This document shows, piece by piece, positions 24,501 to 30,011 of a stretch of 32,000 nt of DNA. The stretch comes from Minisyncoccota bacterium (lineage in GTDB: Bacteria > Patescibacteriota > Minisyncoccia > Minisyncoccales > Minisyncoccaceae). The notes under the pieces were generated by a model that made no database searches, was not told the DNA's origin, and saw only the letters and a list, made by a program, of their open reading frames with translations. Position numbers and translations under genes: made by a program. Numbering within the stretch: the stretch's first letter is position 1; each line of letters opens with the position of its first letter. The DNA lies in NCBI GenBank assembly GCA_041657325.1, contig JBBACA010000001.1:1-32000 (forward strand). Reading direction: 5' to 3'.

Positions 24501-25024
24501 GGGAGCAAATATCAAAGCGAGGAGATAAGGGGAAAACTCCTTATAATCTCAGAAATTGTGCGTATCAAGAAGAATTTGAAAAGGAGAAGGTGGTATATTC
24601 TGAAATTGTGAGAGAACCGCAATTTTATTTTGATAATGATAGATATTTTCCAGAAGCAACATCATTTTTAATGACAGGAAAAGATGTTAAATTTCTAACC
24701 ACGATTCTAAATTCAAAATTTTTTACTTATTTATTTACAAACTTTTATGCAGGAGGAGGGCTTGGAGACAATGGTTATAGATATAAAAAGATATTTTTAG
24801 AACTTTGTCCTATCCCTCAAATCTCTCCCGAAGCTCAAAAACCATTCATCGACCTCGTTGATCAAATCCTTGAAATTACTTCCTCTCCCGACTATAACCC
24901 AAAAAATCCTCCAGTTAAACAAAAAGAATTGGAAAAGCAAATTGATGAGTTGGTTTATAAACTCTACGACCTTACCCCAGAAGAAATTGAAATTGTAAAA
25001 AATTCAAGCAAGAAAAATGAGTAA
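21587..25024 (+). CDS. Eco57I/type IIG-like gamma-class N6-adenine DNA methyltransferase with TaqI-C-like target-recognition domain
   Basis: FYTPREIV, DPAVGSGAFP (motif I), YGVDIDPGAVDIAKLRLWL, and VIGNPPY (motif IV, NPPY at 23723-23734). TRD-type signatures are GVLTGYNEAFII and PILRGKDIKRY. The start lies 3 nt after the helicase stop. Confidence 0.9.
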   Translation: MNKNEAKEIISSTFSSDFDGQRYEKFVANLFKKYQPIDKIIEGQYIKLAYKSFVIKYKITGTFEDGEGHKIDILEVNLSNASTLERARTAQRNFVAEYLKDRNKDAALVAFVSPDNKEWRLSLVKIENFLEVIDEKLKTKEEITPAKRWSFLVGKNEGSHTAQSRFVKMLISDEDPNLAELESAFDIETVTKEFFHKYTELYFQLKGHLDSLMARDEIIKKDFEGKEISTIDFAKKTLGQIVFLYFLQKKGWFGVSPDKQWGEGPKRFLREVFERRNKYGKNFFNDILEPLFYKALAQDRGTESIYPDLNNCRMPFLNGGLFEPMNGYLWETTDIIIPDELFSNDITDKKTGDKGTGILDVFDRYNFTVNENEPLEKEVAVDPEMLGKVFENLLDIKDRKSKGAFYTPREIVHYMCQESLINYLHAETNNEISRNDLELFIQKGDRIIENDKIALERKEERIKKYRNDKYKDSTYSLLLPISIRTKAEKLDELLKNIKVADPAVGSGAFPLGMINEIVRARKVLNVYLKSDISDYELKKHTITHSIYGVDIDPGAVDIAKLRLWLALVVDEETPHPLPNLEHKIMQGNSLISEYEGIKLFNESIFEEDEKKEMKQAQLGLGKTRSEIKMEILQDRIASFVNESQRTKKQNLKKEIDDLKWELIEETLKEQGKEDKLEDIKKLRRKNIRPFFIWKLEFSDVFKEKGGFDVVIGNPPYIQLQKNKGELSNMFEKCGFESFARTGDIYCLFYELGNQLLQKHGHLVFITSNKWMRAGYGEKLRQYLAENTTPELLIDLGPGVFETATVDTNILLFQKEKTEKACVACSVKENLTKKNVHFTDYIVKNKVGLNQFSGDAWIILNPIEMKIKEKIEKIGTPLKDWDIKINRGVLTGYNEAFIIDGKKKDELIAKDLKSAEIIKPILRGKDIKRYHADFADLWLIAGHNGYKKESEEMVESINVEKYPAIKEWLDSHWEQISKRGDKGKTPYNLRNCAYQEEFEKEKVVYSEIVREPQFYFDNDRYFPEATSFLMTGKDVKFLTTILNSKFFTYLFTNFYAGGGLGDNGYRYKKIFLELCPIPQISPEAQKPFIDLVDQILEITSSPDYNPKNPPVKQKELEKQIDELVYKLYDLTPEEIEIVKNSSKKNE

Positions 25025-25025
25025 T

Positions 25026-25253
25026 ATATCTGATAAAATTAATGAGCTGGAGATGGCTGATTATTTTGATGATTTGGTGCAATACGCCAACGAGCAAGTC
25101 AGCCCGATTGAAAAAGCTTGCTGATGGCTCTAGCGAGATGGGAGAAGCAGCTCTAAAAGATGGACTAATAGATAAAATTGGCATATATCAGACGTATTAA
25201 ATTTTCTCTCCGAAAAGATAGGCACGACAGCTGATATTTGTTGGGAAAATTAA
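25026..25253 (+). pseudogene. Frameshifted 3' fragment of an sppA paralog
   Basis: It translates in two frames to ..YFDDLVQYANEQVSPIE / KKLADGSSEMGEAALKDGLIDKIGIY / DVLNFLSEKIGTTADICWEN. This is collinear with the last ~75 aa of SppA (26440-26667). By hand alignment, 62 of 73 nt are identical between 25114-25186 and 26533-26605. It has no 5' part. Confidence 0.8.
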
Positions 25254-25268
25254 ATAATTAATAAAAAT

Positions 25269-25769
25269 ATGAATATTCATAATATCGAGTTCTCAAGAAA
25301 TTTAGTAAAGGGACGAATCGCTGAAATATTATTTGAACAAATGCTACGTGATACTGGATATTTTACTATTCTTGCTTTTGGATATGAAAATATACTTCCA
25401 GAACTGGCACATCGTCAAAATGATATGCAGGCACAAGAAACAATGGAGATTATCCGACGTGCACCAGATTTTGCTGTTATTGATAATGAATCTCATGAGG
25501 TATATTTAGTCGAAGTAAAATACATGATGCGTCCTACGGTTGAAAAGATTATCGCGGCTTCTAAAAGAATGTTTGAATCTTGGAAACCATCTTACCTTTT
25601 TCTAGCGACCCCAGATGGATTCTTTTTTGATAAAGCTAGCGATATATTAGAAAAAGAGGGAATTATTTCTCCAATTAATAATCCGAAAATACCTAAAGAG
25701 CTTCAAGATAAATACAGGGAAATTCTTAATGAATTTATTGTTCAAAATTCAGAAACAAGTGAAGATTAA
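25269..25769 (+). CDS. Small hypothetical protein with PD-(D/E)xK nuclease-like motif
   Basis: GRIAEILFEQML .. APDFAVID .. VYLVEVKY gives an E..D67..E82-x-K84 arrangement, as in YraN/Hjc-type nucleases. Length 166 aa. Confidence 0.4.
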   Translation: MNIHNIEFSRNLVKGRIAEILFEQMLRDTGYFTILAFGYENILPELAHRQNDMQAQETMEIIRRAPDFAVIDNESHEVYLVEVKYMMRPTVEKIIAASKRMFESWKPSYLFLATPDGFFFDKASDILEKEGIISPINNPKIPKELQDKYREILNEFIVQNSETSED

Positions 25770-25794
25770 GTAGTTTTTAAAAATATAGCAAAAT

Positions 25795-26667
25795 ATGAAA
25801 ATAATTATTCCCAGAACCATTAAATCTTCTTTTAATGTAATCTCTATTCTTGTAGTAATAGCTCTTTGGTCTGGTATTTCATATTATGTGATATCAAATA
25901 TATCAAAAACATCTCCTAGTATAACAACGACAGACACTTCTACTACTGAAGAATCATCTGAACCAGAAAACTGTAATGTTTACGGAATCAATCTACATGG
26001 TGACGTTGTGACCTACAACAGCAATGACTCATACAATGACCAATATGACGTAATATATGATCAAACATCAGCTGATGATATAATTTGGGCTGTAAACGAA
26101 GCTCAAGGTAATGACAAGATAAAGGCAATAGTAGTGGAAATAGATTCATATGGAGGTTCGGGTGTGGCCGGAGAAGAAATGATGACAGTTTTTAAACAAT
26201 CTAGAAAACCTGTAATAGCTTTTATCCGTAATGCTGGTTTATCAGCTGCATATTTGGCAGCTACTGGAGCAGAAACTATTTTTGCTTCTAACTTCTCTGA
26301 TGTTGGAAGTATTGGTGTTACTATGTCTTACCTACAAGAAGCGGAAAAGAATACAAAAGAAGGATTATCATATGTAAACTTAAGTTCAGGAGCATATAAA
26401 GACACTGGCAATCCTGCTCGTACATTATCCGAAGATGAAAAACAGCTATTAATGAGAGATATTAAAATAGGTCATGAGTATTTTGTAAAGCTTGTTTCAG
26501 AGAATCGTAATTTGAGTATTGAAACAGTGAGAAAGCTTGCTGACGGTTCTAGTATGATGGGAGAGGCAGCACTAAAAAATGGACTGATAGATAAAATAGG
26601 AATATTTCCAGATGTAGTAGATTTCCTTTCTGAAAAAATAGGTACTCCTGCTGAAATTTGCTGGTAA
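25795..26667 (+). CDS. sppA: Signal peptide peptidase SppA (S49, 36K type)
   Basis: N-terminal TM helix. IDSYGGSG, the GLSAAYLAATGA Ser context, and the GAYKDTGNP Lys context. Confidence 0.85.
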   Translation: MKIIIPRTIKSSFNVISILVVIALWSGISYYVISNISKTSPSITTTDTSTTEESSEPENCNVYGINLHGDVVTYNSNDSYNDQYDVIYDQTSADDIIWAVNEAQGNDKIKAIVVEIDSYGGSGVAGEEMMTVFKQSRKPVIAFIRNAGLSAAYLAATGAETIFASNFSDVGSIGVTMSYLQEAEKNTKEGLSYVNLSSGAYKDTGNPARTLSEDEKQLLMRDIKIGHEYFVKLVSENRNLSIETVRKLADGSSMMGEAALKNGLIDKIGIFPDVVDFLSEKIGTPAEICW

Positions 26668-26715
26668 AGCTAATTATTTTAAAGTAAAGTTATTATATAA
26701 AAAAATAATATAAAT

Positions 26716-29046
26716 ATGGGTGATTTATTTTATATTTTTATTTGTGTATTCATAATCGGACTTATCTCGTGGTGTTTTAATGGTGGCAAAAAAAATAATC
26801 AAAAAAGTGAATCTATAGGAAGAGGACTAAAAGAAGAAATTATAGAAATACAAAAAAATGAAGAAAAAAAAATTAGAGAATTAATTTTAGAGAGACAAAG
26901 AAAAAAAGTGGAACGAATTAAGAAAGGAGAAGATGCTGTAGAAAAAATAAAAGCAGACGAAGAGCGAACTAGAAAAGAGACGGTGAAAATAATAAAGGAA
27001 GAAAATCAAAAAAACGAGAAAAAGATTCTAAATGAAAAAAGAATCGTAAATACAATGAATAAAATTGTTTTTAACGAGGAAAAAAAACACCTCCTAGGCG
27101 TCTTGAGTGCACTAAATGAAGAAAGTAAAAAAATAGAAAATTTAATGCCTCCAAAGGCTGATTTCAGTGGAGTCATGGAAGAAAGTCAAAGAATGTATGA
27201 AGTTGAAAAAAATGCAAAAATTGTCGATATAAAAAAAGAACTGAAAAATATTGAATCTCTAAAGAACCGTCCATACTATGCAAGGATAGACTTGCTTGTT
27301 GATGGAGAAGAAAACCCTAGCATTAATTATATAGGCGCTTGTGCTTTTAATATTGAAGGCTACCTTGTTAGTAGTGTATGGAGCGAAGTGGGAAGTAGAT
27401 ACCGTGCAAAAAATATTTTAGAGTTTAAGGTGAATAGCGGTATCACGTACCAAATTTTGAAAAGAAGAATAATTGATATAAAAAGTGGGAACTTAGTGGA
27501 GTGTCACGATGAATACTCGATTGATAATGAATTTTCAAAAAATAGTATAACCGATCCATTTTTATTAAAAATTCTTCATGAAAAAAAAGGGGATCGTAAA
27601 CTAAGTGACATAATTAGAACAATCCAACTTAATCAAAATGACATTATTGAATACGATTTTAATAAAAGTTTAATTGTTCAGGGTTGTGCCGGATCTGGAA
27701 AAACAATGATACTTCTTCATAGATTAGCAAATATTCTTTTCAATAAAAATGATTTAAATTTGAAAAAAATAAAAATTATTACACCTAGTGAAAAATTTAT
27801 TGATTATATTGATGAATTATCAAAATTTTTAAAATTAGAAGAAATAGAGAAAAATACAATAGAGATATACTATCAAAATTTACTATTTCGTTACGGCGAA
27901 AAAACAAATAAATGTCAACCTTTATCTGATTATGATATTGATTATGATTTGTTAGTTTATGTTTATTCAAATAATTTTATTAGTGACTGTGAAAAAAACA
28001 TTGAGTTATTGAAAGTAGAAAATGATAAAAAAAATTCTGAGATTGATAGGAAGAAAAAAGATAAGTATCTACAGAAAATTATTCAGAAAATAATAGAGAA
28101 AATAATCAGAGAGAAAGGATTTAAAATAAAAATAAACCATAATGCTCGTTTTTGTTTATATGCAAGACTAGTATTCTATTATTTATGTAAAGGAAAGACA
28201 CGATCTCCAGATACCATGTTACACATCGACGAAGGACAGGATATTTCTAAGGTAGAATACGAACTACTTAAAAAAATTAATCCTGGAATAATATTTAATA
28301 TTTATGGTGATACAAATCAACTTATCCGCCAAAAAGTTGGGATAAACAATTGGGAAAATTTTTCAAAAGAAACTGCTTTCTTTCTTCTGAATGAAAATTA
28401 CAGAAACACTAGAGAGATAACAAATTATTGTAACAAAATGTTAAATATCAATTCAATACCGATAGCTATTGATGGAAATAAAGTTTTAGCCATTGAAATT
28501 GATAAGTTCAATAATGTAATTAATAGTGAGCATTTTAACAAAAGAATAGCAATAATTGCAAAAGACAATGAACTGCTTGAAAAAGTAAAATTAAATAAAA
28601 CAATAAATCTTGCTATTAAAAATGGTAATTTATCTTGTCTTACCGTTGCTCAAGCAAAAGGATTTGAATTTGATAAGGTCTATGTCTTTGTTCAGGGAAT
28701 GAATAGAAACGAAAAGTATATTTCATTTACTAGAACCTTAAACGACTTAATAATTATTGCGCCAAGAATACCATTAATATACGAATCTGGAGAGGGAAAC
28801 TTGCAAAATATTAAAAAAATATTGGACTCTGGAGTGAATATTGATGAAAAGGATTATAATCTCGGAATTACTTCATTAATGATAGCTTCTGCAAGGGGAC
28901 ACTTTGAGATTGCAAAAGAGCTAATTAACAGAGGGGCAGATATTAATATGCAAAGTATTGAGGGAAAAACAGCCTTGTTTTATGCCAAAAATAAAGAATA
29001 TTATGATATCGTTAATATTTTGAAAGAAGCTGGAGCAAAAGAATAG
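26716..29046 (+). CDS. Membrane-anchored HelD/UvrD-like SF1 helicase with K/E-rich coiled coil and C-terminal ankyrin repeats
   Basis: TM segment LFYIFICVFIIGLISWCF, followed by ~100 aa of K/E-rich helix. RPYYARIDL..INYIG is HelD-type by my recollection. Walker A is GCAGSGKT. The DExx box is HIDEGQD. Also ENYRNTREI and AQAKGFEFDKVYVF. Two to three ANK repeats follow (GITSLMIASARGHFEIAKELINRGADIN .. GKTALFYA). Confidence 0.75.
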   Translation: MGDLFYIFICVFIIGLISWCFNGGKKNNQKSESIGRGLKEEIIEIQKNEEKKIRELILERQRKKVERIKKGEDAVEKIKADEERTRKETVKIIKEENQKNEKKILNEKRIVNTMNKIVFNEEKKHLLGVLSALNEESKKIENLMPPKADFSGVMEESQRMYEVEKNAKIVDIKKELKNIESLKNRPYYARIDLLVDGEENPSINYIGACAFNIEGYLVSSVWSEVGSRYRAKNILEFKVNSGITYQILKRRIIDIKSGNLVECHDEYSIDNEFSKNSITDPFLLKILHEKKGDRKLSDIIRTIQLNQNDIIEYDFNKSLIVQGCAGSGKTMILLHRLANILFNKNDLNLKKIKIITPSEKFIDYIDELSKFLKLEEIEKNTIEIYYQNLLFRYGEKTNKCQPLSDYDIDYDLLVYVYSNNFISDCEKNIELLKVENDKKNSEIDRKKKDKYLQKIIQKIIEKIIREKGFKIKINHNARFCLYARLVFYYLCKGKTRSPDTMLHIDEGQDISKVEYELLKKINPGIIFNIYGDTNQLIRQKVGINNWENFSKETAFFLLNENYRNTREITNYCNKMLNINSIPIAIDGNKVLAIEIDKFNNVINSEHFNKRIAIIAKDNELLEKVKLNKTINLAIKNGNLSCLTVAQAKGFEFDKVYVFVQGMNRNEKYISFTRTLNDLIIIAPRIPLIYESGEGNLQNIKKILDSGVNIDEKDYNLGITSLMIASARGHFEIAKELINRGADINMQSIEGKTALFYAKNKEYYDIVNILKEAGAKE

Positions 29047-29414
29047 GAAGTAGATAAAATATATAGTGAGTAGCAAGGTAGGGTAAAATATAAACAATGA
29101 TCCCGTAATAGATTCGTTTATATAACAATAAGCAATTAATAATTAATTAGTAATCTTTCTAGTTTTTCCATGCTAATTTTAATCTTTGGATAGATGTTAT
29201 ATAATTCGGTAAATATATAATCTGCGCTGGGAGTAGCCGAATCTTTAACCAATTCGGTGAATCAAGAAGCTGTTAATTTTATTTTTTTATTCTGATAATT
29301 TCTATACCTCTTATATTATTAAGGTTAATAATTGAGATGGCTAAAAAAAAGAAATAATATAGGATTATTTATAATTTTATTGCCCTCTCTCATAAAATCT
29401 GCTATTTTTAACGT

Positions 29415-30011
29415 ATGAAGCTTAATCTCAAAAACAGGTATTTTTTCTTAAGACATGGCCAGAACAATCATCAGGCCGAAAATAATGGAATAATATATAA
29501 TTGGCCTGACGGCAATCCTCCGTATTATTTAACTGAACAAGGAAAAGAGGAGGCTAAAAAAGTCGGAGAAACATTAAAAAAAGACAAAATTGACTGTCTT
29601 TTCTCTTCAGATATTTTGCGTTGCCGAGAAACAGCTAAAATAGTAGCTGAAATCATTGATTATGATATTACTAAGATTATATACGATATAAGGCTCAGGG
29701 ATTTGAATTGGGGAGCTTTTGGTGGTAAAACTAAAGAAGAGTATTGGAATTTCTATAACAATGACCGCATGAAAGCCTTTGATATAGCTATTCCCGGCGG
29801 AGAATCATGGAATCAATGCCAAGAAAGAATGATCAAGCTTTTAAATGAAATTGAAGAAGAATTTGAAGACAAGAGTATCCTGATCGTTTCTCATGGTGAT
29901 CCTTTATGGCTCTTAGAAGGATATATTAAAGAATTAGACAATCAGACTCTTTTAAATAAAAGAAAAGAAATATTACTTAATACAGGAGAAGTAAGAGAAA
30001 TACATGAATAA
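29415..30011 (+). CDS. Histidine phosphatase (phosphoglycerate mutase-like) family protein
   Basis: FFLRHGQ (RHG catalytic motif), SDILRCRETA and VSHGDPL. Confidence 0.8.
   Translation: MKLNLKNRYFFLRHGQNNHQAENNGIIYNWPDGNPPYYLTEQGKEEAKKVGETLKKDKIDCLFSSDILRCRETAKIVAEIIDYDITKIIYDIRLRDLNWGAFGGKTKEEYWNFYNNDRMKAFDIAIPGGESWNQCQERMIKLLNEIEEEFEDKSILIVSHGDPLWLLEGYIKELDNQTLLNKRKEILLNTGEVREIHE

Noticed and set aside
18399-25024. Labelling the helicase/methylase pair as BREX or DISARM.
   Set aside because: The large methylase resembles PglX-type enzymes, and SNF2 with PLD recalls DISARM class 1. However, no PglZ, BrxC or BrxL (BREX) and no DrmA or DrmB (DISARM) genes are in or next to the module, and scars bound it tightly on both sides.
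29337-29357. Micro-ORF ATGGCTAAAAAAAAGAAATAA (MAKKKK) in the 29-kb intergenic region.
   Set aside because: It has six codons, no evident ribosome-binding site, and lies in an A-rich tract. There is not enough evidence for a leader peptide.
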